Made by a program: the position numbers and the translations under genes | Source: Cenococcum geophilum | Taxonomy: Eukaryota | Length of the DNA: 64,000 bases | Direction of reading: 5' to 3' | Assembly: GCA_050273025.1 (NCBI GenBank) | Contig: CP158635.1 | Location: 1,922,001-1,986,000, forward strand | Shown here: positions 1 to 12,699 of the stretch, one piece after another | How the letters are laid out: each line of letters starts with the position of its first letter | Numbering within the stretch: the first letter of the stretch is position 1 | Notes under the pieces: generated by a model | Seen by the model: the letters and a program-made list of their open reading frames with translations, nothing else | Database searches by the model: none | What the model was told of the DNA's origin: nothing

Positions 1-3000
1 ATAGGGGCAAATCCAGTAGAGTCGTGGGGTAGGGTCGCTTGGGTGTAGTCTATTAAGGGCAATAATTCGGCCTAATTATCCTAAAAGTAGTTAATAAAAG
101 GCCGGAGTCTCTAGTCTAAGTATTAATTTATAATCTCCGTTTAACCGTCTGTCTGGGGGTAATATACTGTAAAAAGCTTTAGCTTAATGCCTAGGATCCG
201 GGTAAACTTATTCTAAAAGGCTGATATAAACTACGGCCTATAGTTAGATATAATAGTGTCTAGTGGTCTGTAAATTTGGTAAATGTAGTAGATATACAGT
301 CGGGCTGCCTCTTTAGCATTAATATTCTTGTGATGGGGAATTAAAAATAGGCGCTTGCCAAAGCAGTTAACTAGGATTATAACTATATTATATCCGTTAC
401 GGTCTAGAGGTAGCTTATAAAAGTCTATAGAGATATATTACTAGGGGCGGTTAGGTATTAGGAGGGGTTTTAATAATCCTAGGGTTTTATCTTATAGGAT
501 TATAGACCTATAGTAGTCGTTGCAGTTCCGTATATAGCGGTTAATATCTATAACTATTCCGGGCTAGTAGTAGCGGTCGCTAATAATCCTATAGGTCTTA
601 TTCTTTCTAGGGTAGGCCGTAGAGACCTAGGTATATGCTTTAGTAATAAGCTAAGTCTATAAGTTCTGTTCCTCTACTACTACCAGCCGTTTCTAATGCT
701 TAAGTAATCCATTTTTGAGGGACCATAGGCTGGTAACGTTCTTTACCTTTTCACGGTACTCCTATAGAAAAGGGGCCGTACGGTTTATCTATAGTAATTT
801 GTTGATTAAGTTAAGTCCTAAAGGGTTAATAGGATATATCTTGGCGCCTAAGGAGTCTATACTTAGTTCTGCCTATATCTAGGGGTTAAGGTGCTCTAGT
901 TATAGTAGCGTCTAGGTCCGTAATAAGATCTTTATAGCCGTATAGTTACCTAGGTCTTATTCGCGCCTAGTAAGAGCATCCGCATAGTTTATAGCACCTA
1001 GTCTATATATAATTAAGAAGTTAAACTAAGATAGGATATCCGCCTAGCGTGCCTGCCGGGCTATAAGGGCCTTAGTTATTATAAAGTATTCTAGGGCCTT
1101 ATAATCTAATACTACTTTAATAGGTTTAGGGGTCCCCTCTAGCTATATACGCTAGTGCTAAAAGCTAGAGATAATAGCCAGTATTTCTTTATTATAGATA
1201 TAGTAGTTTAGTTTAGTATCTATTATAGTCTTTAAATAGTATATAATAGGGTGCTATTTTCTGTCCAGTTGCTTTTGGGAAAAAATACTAGCTATTACGC
1301 CGTCTAAGGCATTAGTTTCTAGTATTAAGGGCCGTTTTAGGTTAAAGTAGGCAAGTAGGGGGGCCGACACTAGCCGTTTTTTAAGCTCCTTAAAGGCCTG
1401 TATATATATAGCGTTAAAGTAAAAGGGCTAGTCTTTCCTAGTAAGGCGGTTAAGAGGCTAGGTAATCCTGCTATAGTTCTTAATAAAGTGTTAGTAGAAG
1501 TTATAAAAACCTAAAAATAATTACACCCCCTTTATGGTCCGTGGGGGCGTCCACTAGTTAATTGCGGTTGTTTTCTTTAGGTCGGCCTTAATTCCGTTTA
1601 TGCTAATAATAAAACCTAGGTACTTTATACGTTTAATACTAAATTTTAACTTCTTAATATTGGCCTGGAGGCCAGCTTTGTGGAGCCGTTATAGGACTTT
1701 ATAGACGTACTCCTTATATTCTAGTTTATTCTCTAAGTAGATTATAATATTATCTAAATAGGCCGTATAGAAGTCGTTAAGGTAGTTAAAGAGTACATCG
1801 TTTATATACCGCTAGTACGTAGCTAGTCTATTAGTTAGTCTAAAAGGAAGTACCTTATATTTATACATCCCGTAATAGGTCCGGAATATAGTAAGATCTT
1901 TAAACCTAGGGTCTATCCTAATTTAGTAAAAGGCCTAGCGGATATTAAGCTTTATAAAAACCTTAGCTCTACTTATTTAGGTAAGAGTCTTATTAAGTAA
2001 GGGTAGTGGGTAGCGGTCCTTGCGGGTTATATTATTTAGCTTATAGTAGTTAATGCAGAAGCGCAGTCCTCTATTTAGCTTTTTAATAAAGAGAATAGAT
2101 AAGTTAAAAGGGGCTTGGCTAGGCTTAATAAAGCCCTTATTTAGGTTATCAATAAGGTACTACTTTATAGCTTATAATTCGGCAATAGACTATAGGTAGA
2201 GAGGGCTAAAGCTAAGGGTACTTCTCTTGTCTTGCTTAATCTCGATCTTATAGTTATATAATTAGTAGGGTAAAAGCATATTAGACGCTGCCTTAGAGAA
2301 TATATCCTTAAATTTCCGGTATTAATTAGGCAGTTTTTACTCCACTAGTTCTTTATCTATAAGCCCGCTTTCCTATCTACTAAGCTTACTTTCCTTTTCC
2401 TTAATTATTTAGTTAATTTTATATAGGCTAGTTATAAAGGTAACGGTATTAGGCTAAACTAGGTTCTAATAGAATCCTATAGCGCCAATGCAGCAGATAT
2501 TAACTAGTAGGAGGTCTATAGGTTTCTTTGGCGTCCGTTAGGCCGTGGTTTATAGTATAGGGTTTATAGTCTTCCTTAGCTCACGTTCTATTTTCTATAA
2601 GTTATCCTTTCTATCTATTAGTTTAGTGTGGCGTCTAATATCCCTAGCTTTCCTTTATGGCTTTATAGGGTTCTCTATAGGGAACTTAGCTAGGTTACTA
2701 CTAACTTCCTAAGTCTTTAGTGCGGGTGGCGTAATATAGGTAGTCTAAGGGCGGCGTAGTATATAGATCCGTTACGGGTTAAGCTATACGTCCTTCTTAA
2801 AGGCCTAGTCTCTGCGTATAGTATTAGCCTAGTAAATAGTATTAATCTAGGGCCGTATAAGGTTTTCTATTATAATGCTAATTTCTTTTATAAAGGAAGG
2901 GGTTAGGGGTAGAGTTTTAGGCCAGATAAGCCGTTTACTCCGTACTTCGAGCTGTAAGCCTAAATAGGCTAGCTATTTTCTTTTTAAGATTATATTGTGG

Positions 3001-4894
3001 CATCCTAAGTCCATAATAAGAAAGGGGATATTATACTACCTTCGTCTGTTAATGCGGAGGTAGATCCGCAAGATAGTTATAATAGGTAGCCCTATCCGTC
3101 CGTTATAACCGTAAATAGGGATTAGTTTAGGCAGTTCTTTAAGGGGTATATTTAAAAAATTAGCCAGTTTTATAGCGCACTTTATATTAATTAAGGTAAA
3201 GGCATTTACTCCTAAGTTAGCTAAAGCAGAGGTTAAAACTTAATATTTATTGCGAAATAAAGTATAAGGGATAGTGCAGCTTCTTTTACTAACTAGCCAA
3301 CCCAGATTGATGTATGACATATTAATCCCTTTTAACCCTAGAGAGAAGTCTTCCTTTAGGGTTCCTCTTTTTCCGGCTCCGTACTATCCTCCTAAATTAA
3401 TAGGACCTTATTTATCCTTACCTTTATTAGGCAGTTCCTTATAGGGTAGCCTATTTAACTATATAAGAAGTAAGCTCCTTAATCGCTAAGGGCCTATATA
3501 CGGGGGTTACTATATATAGGCTAGGTGTACACCGGACCTATAGTAGGGGTAGCTACGCGGCTAGCTACTAGGTTAGCTGTAGGAGTTGCCGATTATACTA
3601 GGGCACTATAGGCCGTACTTGTAGTACTTATGGCCTAGTTTATAAGGTTTCTAGTTTTTAGCTAATTAGCGCGTACCTTAATTTAACGGAGGCCTTAGTT
3701 AATAGCTAGGCAATAGTCCGTAAGTTCCTTTAACGTCTATACCGTAGTATAAGCTAGTAATACGGCCCGCTGTAGGTCTAGGGTAAGCTTATTAAAGAGG
3801 TCTAGTAGTAGGTTTTCCTAGGGGATCTAGGCCTATCCGGCTAGGTATAGAAAGCGGGTTTAAAAGGCCGAAAAGGTCTTTATTATTTTTATATTTAGGC
3901 TTTTATAGCTAAAGCGGGCGTTCTATACTTTAAAAGGGTCTTTATAAATAGAAGATAAGTGTTTAATTATTTCTTCTTTAGAGATAAAGGGGTCTGCTAA
4001 GTCTTCCGTATATCGCGGGCGTAAATATATTTAGGCGTCTCCGCCAGTACGGCCGAAGACATAGGCTATTCTGGCTTAGGCGTTAAGGAAGTAGTCTATA
4101 TTAACTTTAAGCTTATCCCATAATTAAAGCTTCTAATTATTAAATATAGGGTTGGTTCTGTTTGTAAGTAGTAGGGGGTCCGCGACCTTTGCTGACCGCT
4201 TTGGTGCTATATAGGCCTTAGTAGATCTACTAAGGCGCTAAAATAGGGCCTAAAGGACTGTAGTAAGTCTTTGGTTATCTAATAATGACTTATTATTAGA
4301 TATAGGGGTATCTCTAGCTTTAAGCAGCTCTTGTAATTGTTTAATTTTGGTATTAGCAGCCGCAAGCTCCGCCTGGGGGGTTAAAACGTTAATTATTTCT
4401 TCGTCTAAAGTATTTAAGGGTCCTATAGCTGCTTTACCTGCTACTATAGTTTGTGGCATAGTAGTAAGGGTGTTAGGTAATTCTAGGTAATTTCTTTAGG
4501 GGTTCTGGTCTATGTGTGTCTTATAGGTCCTTTCTTTGGGGTTCTGTTCTTTTCTTTTAGGTCCTGTCCTTATGGTCCTAGTGATATCCTTAGGGTCCTA
4601 TTCTGTGTTCTCATAGATATATTTAAGTTCCTTCTTAGGAAGAAAGAGTAGAGTAAGCTTTAGATAATATTAGCGACTTAGTTAATCGAGATATAAGCAC
4701 AGTAAAAGGGTCGCGCAAGCCTATACGATTGGATTATCTATAAACGAGAATCTAAAGCTAAAGAAAGGAAAGGAGAAGAAGGGGAGCGCCGCTCGAAGCT
4801 ATATACGATCTTCGCGTCACGTAACCACAATATGCGGCAATCTATGGCAACTTGCCGGTGTGTAGTTCTGCTAAGTTTTGCCAGTGCCGTAATA
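1..4894 (-). mobile_element. Ty3/Gypsy LTR retrotransposon, heavily RIP-mutated, 3' part beyond window start
   Basis: Minus-strand translation gives gag (ORF 4250-4459 and ARIAYVFGRTGGDA ~4030-4080), RT (FRTYYGMYKYKVLPF..TAYLDNII, a mutated YLDD, ~1745-1890), RNase H (ETNALDG..HPIIYY..NKEILAI ~1180-1320) and the integrase zinc-binding region (~510-640). The RT-RH-IN order is Gypsy-type. LTR at 4668-4894. Confidence 0.95.
4668..4894 (-). repeat. 5' LTR of the Gypsy element
   Basis: Termini TATTAGCGAC..CCGTAATA are RIP versions of TG..CA. Clearly homologous to the solo LTR at 34510-34712 (shared GCGACTTAG, CGCAAGCCTAT, TCTAAAGCTA.AGAAAGGAAAGGAGAAGAA, ACGTAACC). Confidence 0.85.
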
Positions 4895-5144
4895 ATATAC
4901 AGCCGTATAATATCTATAGGCCCTAGTAGAGTATCTATCTCCTATATAGCCAAATTTTTAGCAGCTATTACACTGCGTAGTAGGAGAGACTTTAAGGTAT
5001 TTTACTACCTTAGTAGCTGTACCTGCAATTAATATCTCTTTTTACTTAAGGATTTCTTATCTTTTTTCTTCGTTTTCTATAGTAAAAACTATAGAGCTAA
5101 ATCTAGTCTGTAGATCGTGTCTTTTTATACTAAATAAGATCTAT

Positions 5145-8100
5145 TGTAAGCTTTGCAGTGTGTGGGAATTGAACGAGCAACTTGATTGTAAATCTATGGA
5201 AATCAGGTGAACTATATACACAAATGTAGAGTCTTGACCGTAGGGTCTATGACTTGATCTATGACTCATTTGAGCCATATACGAGGTATGTGAGATATAC
5301 GAGGGTAGTGCCAATGCTGTCTTGGAGCCTTCCAGGCTACAGCCTTGTGTCTTGGCACAGCACCGGTAGTCGGTTACACACCCCCCCAGATTTAACGGTG
5401 TAGTTAAAGCTGTAGAGAACAAAAATGAAGGTAGGGGCTATACCAAAATAGGAAATTTAGATACAATTTGGGAGTAGCAAAAGGATGGGGTAACCGTGAC
5501 GGATATTGCGAATATCGCGGATATTGCGGATATTGCAAATAGAATTAATTGATCTGATGTCGAATATCTACCAAATTCAACTGCTTTATCCATGCTTCGT
5601 GCTTTTAACGAGGTAAGATTTTGGTAAGTCCGTCGGCAGGCATTTTATCTATAGGAACCCATCGTACGTCGATCTTTTTGTCTTGGACTTCCTGTCTCAG
5701 CCAGTGCTGATGGACGTTGATATGTTGAAGCTTGGTGTCAAGTTTTGGTGTGTCCTGTTTGAGAAGGCGTACAGTCTGCATATTGTCGCATAGCAGAGTA
5801 AATTCGCGTTCTAAATTGAAGCCGATTGCCTCAAAGAATCGTTGCCACCAGATAATTTTAACGGCAGCAGTAGACACAAAGAGAAGCTCCGCTTCCGTAG
5901 TCGAGCAAGTCACTGATCGTTATAGGGTCGCCTTCCAATCGATCAGTCCTCCGAATAGGGTAAAAAGGTATCCTTGAGAGCTCCGTCTGGTCTCTCTATT
6001 ATCCGCAAATACTGCGTTGGATGCTCCGTAAAAGGTGACATCTTCTCCTTTGGGGTTTCTAAAGTAGACGTGTGCTCCGAAAGCTTCCCCTAAGTATTTA
6101 ATAGCTGTAGATTTTGTTCCAAGGCAGTAGGTAATGGCTTAGTTCGCTGCGTCAAGGTGTCCCTAATTTGGATTAGTGAGGAATTCAGCTAGCTTAGAAT
6201 GCGTCTTTGCAATATTAGGTCTTCTAAATACGGCTAGGTGTGCAAGAGAACTAACCCGCTGCTGGTAGGCTAGTGTCCTTTAAGGGTTCGTCTGCTGGTC
6301 GGACGGAATCAGTTCTTTGGCAGGAAGTAGTGATTTAGAAGATCTTCCTGGTTGAATATTGAATCGATTGGCTATCTTTTTGATATAGGAGTCTTGGCAG
6401 AGCCAGAGCTTTCTGCTTGCTCGATCTTGTTCGATTCGAATACCTAGGAGCCACTGTAGGTCTCCTAGTGCACGGATCTCGTATTAGTGTAGTAGTTTGG
6501 CTTCGAATTCTTCTAGTCTTTAAAGGTCCTTTTTGGCAAATAGAACGGCGATATCGTCTACGTAGAAGAAGACAATAAGTCGTTCATTAGTAAATAGACA
6601 GTTGGTACCTGGGATAGGTTTCAATCCGAATTCGGCTAGGGTACTGGTAAGCTCTTTATACCACAGTAGCGGTGATATTTTTAGTCCGTATAGCGCCATG
6701 AGTAGCTCTAGGATATGTCCATTTTGATCAAGTCCTTCTGGGCAGTAGCAGTATACTGGTTTACTGAGCTTAGCATTTGTGAATGCGTTTACGGCGTCAT
6801 ACTGTCGAATTTCCAAATCGAATGCGGCTGCTATAGCCATGAGGGCACGGAATATTCGAGCAGCTAAGGTTGCTGCATAGGTCTCCTCCTCGGTAATCTG
6901 TAAGTCTCCGCGGACGCACAATCGAGCTTTTAGCTTTTGTAGGTAACCGTCGCTGTCGAGCTTATATTTGAAGACCCATTTTAGTGGTAGGATCTGCTCG
7001 CTGCATGCTTCTGCTTTTGGTACAGTCTTGAATGTCCCTCGGCGTTTCAGGTCGTTGTATTCTTTTTCTATAGCCTTTTGAAAGCCAGTAGTCAAAGGAT
7101 GCTTTCTCAGTTCTTTGAGGTTCTTTGGTTCAGGAGGAAGATTGTCCCGATGTAGAGATGAGGATAAGGATCTAGTTCGGCTGATGTCCTTTACTAGCCC
7201 TGTAGCAAATCCAGCGTAGTAACCAAATAGGGTAGATAGATTGGCTAGTGCTGTCGCATGCGCTTGACGTCGAATTCGTTTTGATCCTTCTGGTAGGATA
7301 AGGTCGGCAGAAGGTTTGGCCGAGACTTCGTTAGCTCGTGGAGCTGTATTCAACGGTTCTGATGAACTGCTTAGTTGGTTAGGAATTGCTTTAATTGTAT
7401 CCAGGATGTCGTCTTGAAGTCCTTGTGGTGAGGTGTTCGATTCTGGTAAATCTGGAGATACCGTTCTGCTAGGAGTCGGTAGCTGCTTAGTATCCTTCGT
7501 AGGAGGCTCTGCCGAATCGTTTGATTCAGGTGTAGTCGTTTGATCTGTATTCGAGGTAGGTCTATATAGGATAGATTCATCCTTAGATTTATCCTCGTGG
7601 AGAGGTTCTGGTAGACTAATCGTCTGGATGGTGTCCTCTAATGCTTCCCTTAGCAGGTAGTCGATGTCTTAACCCTTGGGGTCATAGAACGAGGTCTTGT
7701 TAAATGTAACGTCTCTAGTTCGAATGACTTTGCGGAGGCTTGGAATCCAGATACGGTAGATATTGGTTAAATCGTAGCCGACTAGGTGTCCAATCGACGC
7801 ACGAGGAGCCAGCTTGTCCCCCCTTTTAACTCTTTTGTCTAGCGTATAGGTCTTGCAACCGTATACGTGTATATGGGTAAGTGATGGCGGCTTGCCGTAG
7901 GCGATCTTGTACGGAGTTTTCCATCCTAGTTGCTCATTTGGTGTTCGATTGAGCGTATATCTAGCAGCAAGGAAAGCTTCTGGTCCTAGAGATAGGGGTA
8001 AGGAAGCTTCTAGCTGCATAGCTCTTGATCGTACCATAAGGGTTCGTCCAGATCGTTCTGCTCCACCATTTTGTTCCTCGGTATACGGTGCTCGGCATTC

Positions 8101-10678
8101 AAAAGTGATGCCTTCGTCTGCGCACCATGTCTGCAGGGTGTCTCCTGTCTGTCTAAAAGCTCGTTCGTCATCGCTCCAGAAGAAGACGACGTCTTAGTAG
8201 AACCGTATTTTAATCAAACGGTGGGTCTTTCGGATGGTAGGTAGGATAGTAGCTTCGTCCTTATTCTTAGAGGTAAACACAAAGTTAAATTTAGAATACG
8301 TGCAATAGAAATGCATAATGTATCTATCGCCGTTATAGCCTGGTTCTCTGAGGCTGATGATATTAAATGCGAGCCGTTTAAATGGTTGAGTGGCTAGAAA
8401 TTCGTGTTCTCGTCTTCAAGAGATCTGCTATGTATGCTTTGCTAGTAAGCAAACTTCACATTCGATTTTGAGCGGTGCTTGTTCTTCGGCTAGCTCTGCG
8501 CCATTGACGTGCTTAGGAAGCTGCTTAATAGCGTTAGGTCCTGCATGGCCAAGTATTTTATGCCATTTGGTAGCTAAGGCTCCGACTGGTTTACGGGCCA
8601 TTCTGCTTGGTTAATATCTTCTTTTTAAAGTTGAGAATGTTAATTGAGTTGAGTCTAGGGTATTTGAAGGCGTAGGCTCTCTGTGCATCAGTGCCCAATG
8701 GCCCCCTAGTCGTTTTGCATAGCATACTGTTTCGCCAGTTGCTAGACGGTATAGCACATTTCGTCCTGAGTCGAAATGGATGTCGTTGTTAGTAGCTCTC
8801 GATAGTGCTACGATATTTGTGAAAAAGGTAGGTGCTAGTGCTACATAGGATAGCTTCAATTTTGACTTCCCAGTAGGTGTATCGACAGTAATGGTTACTA
8901 TTCCGTAAGCTTAAATCTTTTCGAAATTTCCGCCAGCAATTAGGTAGTCGTCTTCTGCTGCTAGGTATGAGAAGGTAAAGTCTTCTTCGTTGTTGCAGAC
9001 GTAGGTATCTGCACCAGGGTCGAGTATCCAGGTGTTCTGGAGCTCGAACGGAATTTAACCAGTACTGAACACGGCAGCATAGCTAGTCGGTGTCTTAGAA
9101 GGTGGGGTTTTAGAATCAAAATCGATTATAGATTCTGCGTCCTTTTAATTATTCTCCTTTGCTTCCCGTGCTTCTTTTTAAATCCGATTAACTGCGCGTC
9201 TAATTAAGGATATAGACGAGATCTTCTCATCTACTATCTTTTGGATATCTGGCCTTGGTCTCCATCCTTGAGGGCGCTTCTGCTCAATAATGTAGTAGCA
9301 GTCGCCGAATTGATGTTTGAGGCCGCATATACATTCCCTGTGCGATCTTAAATTTGAATTTGGATTGCTGTTGGAATTAGAATTGACGTTGGAATCTGAA
9401 TTGGGATTTGAGTTGTTTTGAAGCGTTGCAAAGGCAGAGTTATTGGCAGCGGTAGCAGAGGATGCTGCTTGCTGCATGCGGTAGTGCTCCTTGAATTCCT
9501 CAATCAGTTTGATGATAGATAGGGCGTCTTCGTTCTTCCGTTCTTTCCTAATAAGGTCTACTTCTAGGGCTCCTGCGAAGCTAGAAGAGATTGGCTTGGT
9601 TGCTTAAACAAAATCATAGTGTGCCCTGAATCCCTAAACGTCTAGAAGCTCCAATTGCTCCGCAAGCTTGTAGACGTTCCGCCAGTTGTTTAACCATTTT
9701 TCGATGCTCTGCTTTTTATTGTAGGATTTTAAAGCCGTGTATTGATTAAGGACCTCGTGTTTTTGACCTGAGGTGGTAGGGGCTAGTGCAGTCTTGAGTG
9801 CTTGTAGCCGTTCGTGTACCGTTTTAAGGCCGTTAATAAGAGGAAGGTAGGCAACCGATGTCGATTAAACGATATAGTTGTTAATACCGTTTATTGCCTG
9901 TTCTTGCTTCTTATATGTTTATAGGTCGTCCTTGTATTCAGCGTAGAGTTAATTGTAGGCGGTAAGCTGGCGTTGGTCTAGCTGAGCTATCGATGTGGCA
10001 GTGGGTAGTACGTTCGCAGGTGTAGGTCGTTTTGGTGGTTCTAGGGTTAGAAGCTTGTCTTTCTTCTTAGATGGGTCGATGTACTGCCATACCTTATTAG
10101 TCTTAGCAGTGTCTTGTACAATAAAGAACCATTGGGTCCAATCAGATGGCTGGTTAAGGATAAGGTTGACTTTTGATTCGGCGGTGGTCGTCATTTTTGG
10201 ATTTTGACAGGTCAGGCAGGGTCCAATTGGTGGCTTGGCGAAAACCTTATTTTGACGTTCCGAACTCTTGATTTGATTCAACAGTTCGTTCGTCGGTCGG
10301 GTACAATCGTCGACTAAGGTCGATCATCCGTTCGTTTAATAGGTGAAGAAGCTCAAGACACTTGCAAAGGTGATAGAAGTAGTGACTTCTTAAATAAGGT
10401 AATAGATTGATTGGTTAGCAGGTAGTGCGATCCGGGCTCATAACTGTAAGCTTTGTAGTGTGTGGGAATTAAACGAGCAACTTAATTGTAAATCTATGGA
10501 AATTAGGTGAACTATATACACAAATGTAGAGTCTTGACCGTAGGGTCTATAACTTAATCTATGACTCATTTGAGCCATATACGAGGTATGCGAGATATAC
10601 GAGGGTAGTGCCAATGCTGTCTTGGAGCCTTCCAGGCTACAGCCTTGTGTCTCGGCACAGCACCGGTAGTCGGTTATA
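5145..10678 (-). mobile_element. Ty1/Copia LTR retrotransposon (Copia-1), full length, moderately RIP-mutated
   Basis: 234-bp LTRs at 5145-5378 and 10445-10678. 5-bp TSD TCTAT at 5140-5144 and 10679-10683. PBS-like GTTATGAGCCCGG next to the 5' LTR and PPT TCTGGGGGGGTG next to the 3' LTR. Domain order gag-PR-IN-RT-RH. Confidence 0.97.
5545..10194 (-). pseudogene. Copia-1 gag-pol polyprotein with RIP-induced stops
   Basis: ORF fragments: gag MTTTAESK.. and CICGLKHQFGDC knuckle (9178-9477); protease WILDPGADT (~9005-9030); integrase (7669-8037, NRTP..GHLVGY); RT LKARLCVRGD..FFYVDDI (6520-7353); RNase H STTEAE..CDN..ADGLTK (5605-5913). Confidence 0.95.
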
Positions 10679-12699
10679 TCTATCTAGGTAGTCCTTATAT
10701 CCTTATAGGATTAAAAGTCTTAATTTCTTCTTTTAGAAGCTTAGAGCCTCCTTCTTTTAGGAAAGGTAAGGTAGAAACCCTATAGGCTATAATTTAAACC
10801 TATAGTTCTAGTTTTTGTTCTCTTTAAAAGGTAAAGCAGTTATACTAGATTTCCTTATATTTAACTAGGAAATCCGCATTATACTCTTCCGTAGTTATAA
10901 GGAGAATATTTTATTTTCCTTTAGTTCTAGCTATAGATACTAAAATAGGTTTTTCTACTTATAGTTTTAATATAAATAGTTAATTGACTTTATTTCGTAT
11001 AGAGAAGGTATTTAAAGGTTAGTCCTTTTCGTCTATAATTAAAACTAGCTTTCTTTCTTATAGCTACTTTTTCTTACTTCTAGTAGAAGTAAAAGGAGTA
11101 GGAAATAGTAGTAACGAGGAGGGTAGAGAGGATAAAGTAGGGAGGTCCTTCTTTAGCCTCTTTGCGTAGGTTTCTTTAGTAGGGGCTACCTCCTTACGGA
11201 GAGCTCTTACTTCTTTAACTAGTCCTTTTAGGACATCTTTTGTCTTTTCTTTTCCTTTTATAAAGGGATTTTCTCCTACTAAAATACTACGTGTATAGTC
11301 CTCTAGCTATTTAACTTATTCCTTTTTGTCTTCTTCTTCTTCTTCTTCTTCTAGCCCTTTATAGGCCTAGGTTAGGCTATCTAAAGCCTTTTATAGGTAT
11401 TGTTCTGGAGAAAGGGGAGAGAAAGATATACTAGGTATACTAGCCGTAAAAGTCATCAGTTTAGTTGTCTTTTTTGCAGGTTTTTGGTTTTCTTTTTCAG
11501 TAGAAGACTAAGGATGTCCTCTTTTTTCTCCTGTCCCAAATAGGCCAGGAGAAGGAGAAGGGGCAGAAAAAGTAAATGTAGATTTATTGTTACTTATTTC
11601 TATAGGAGGTTGTTTTTTTTTATGCCTACTAGGCTTCGGCATCTTATAGAAGGGTTCCCTAGTTTTTACTATCCTTATACCCTTTTCCCTTACTAATCCT
11701 ACTAGAAGATTTCTGGGGAGATTAGGCTAAAAGGTAGTAGAAAAACTAGCTCCTATTTACAGTTTTGGTATTGGTGGTAGTGGTAGTAGTTTTAGTGTTC
11801 CTGTCCGTGCCTCGCTTATAAGCTAGGGCCACCCTTAGAGAAAATTTTCTGTTGGGAAAAGGGGGTAAAACGACAAATAAATCCACCTCTAGCTCGCTAG
11901 GTAGTAGGAATTAGGTCTTAAAAGTTGGAAAATCGATTGTTTTTGATGGTAAGATGGGTATGCGTAAGTTTTGGAGTGTGGCGCTACCTTTTGGTAAGGT
12001 TGCATGTGCGGTGAAGGTTTTTTTGTCAATTTGATTGATTGAATGGAGTGGATTTGAAGCCGTGGAGCCCCTAGAGCTCCAGATCTAACAGAAACACCTA
12101 ACTCAATAAGAAAAGATCTAATCTTAATATAGAAAAATGGTACGTATGAGATAAGAGCATCTCCGCAGTCTTTACTAGTATAACTCTATGTCCAGGGACA
12201 CTGACGTCTATTTTTAGATGGTTTGCTCGCTATTTTAAGCAGCGCTTGTCCCAGGCGCTAAGGCCTAAGCGAAGTGTCTCTCCCCCATTAAAACTTCTAA
12301 CTGCGTACTTCCATATTTAATCACCCATTACCGGGACGGCCCTGTATTCTAAGAAGTGGGTTATCTATTATCCTACTAACTTATAGTCGGTTATGATAGA
12401 CCTCCCTAGCTTTTAACGTCCCCTAGATATCTATAAAGCTTAACACGCCCGCTGCAGCCTTCTACTCGGCATTACTTCTATTAACCAACCACATTAGTTT
12501 ACTCTTCTTTCTCTTCCTATACTTTAGTTCTTTTCCTATACCTACTTAATATTCTCCGCCATTTTGCTAATCGTATCAACAATTCTATGCTATTACCCGA
12601 CTTACCCTGTTACTCTACCTCGCCTTAATTTACAAGTTGGACTCCGCGCCCGCCCTATTGCTACAGCAATACCCTCTTTTTTAGGAACCAAATTAATAT

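Larger units (their letters stand above)
4895..11642 (-). mobile_element. LINE (non-LTR, Tad-like) ORF1/gag relic, split by the Copia insertion at 5145-10678 and cut by the Gypsy insertion at 4894
   Basis: Minus strand 4931-4972 reads C-N-S-C-*-K-F-G-Y-I-G-D-R-Y, which de-RIPs to the CX2CX4HX4C knuckle CNSCQKFGHIGDRC. It is preceded by RFSSIVFTI..ILIAG..KVVKY, typical of fungal LINE ORF1. The host sequence resumes after the Copia TSD at 10679. Putative ATG at ~11642 (MPKPSRHKKK). Confidence 0.7.
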
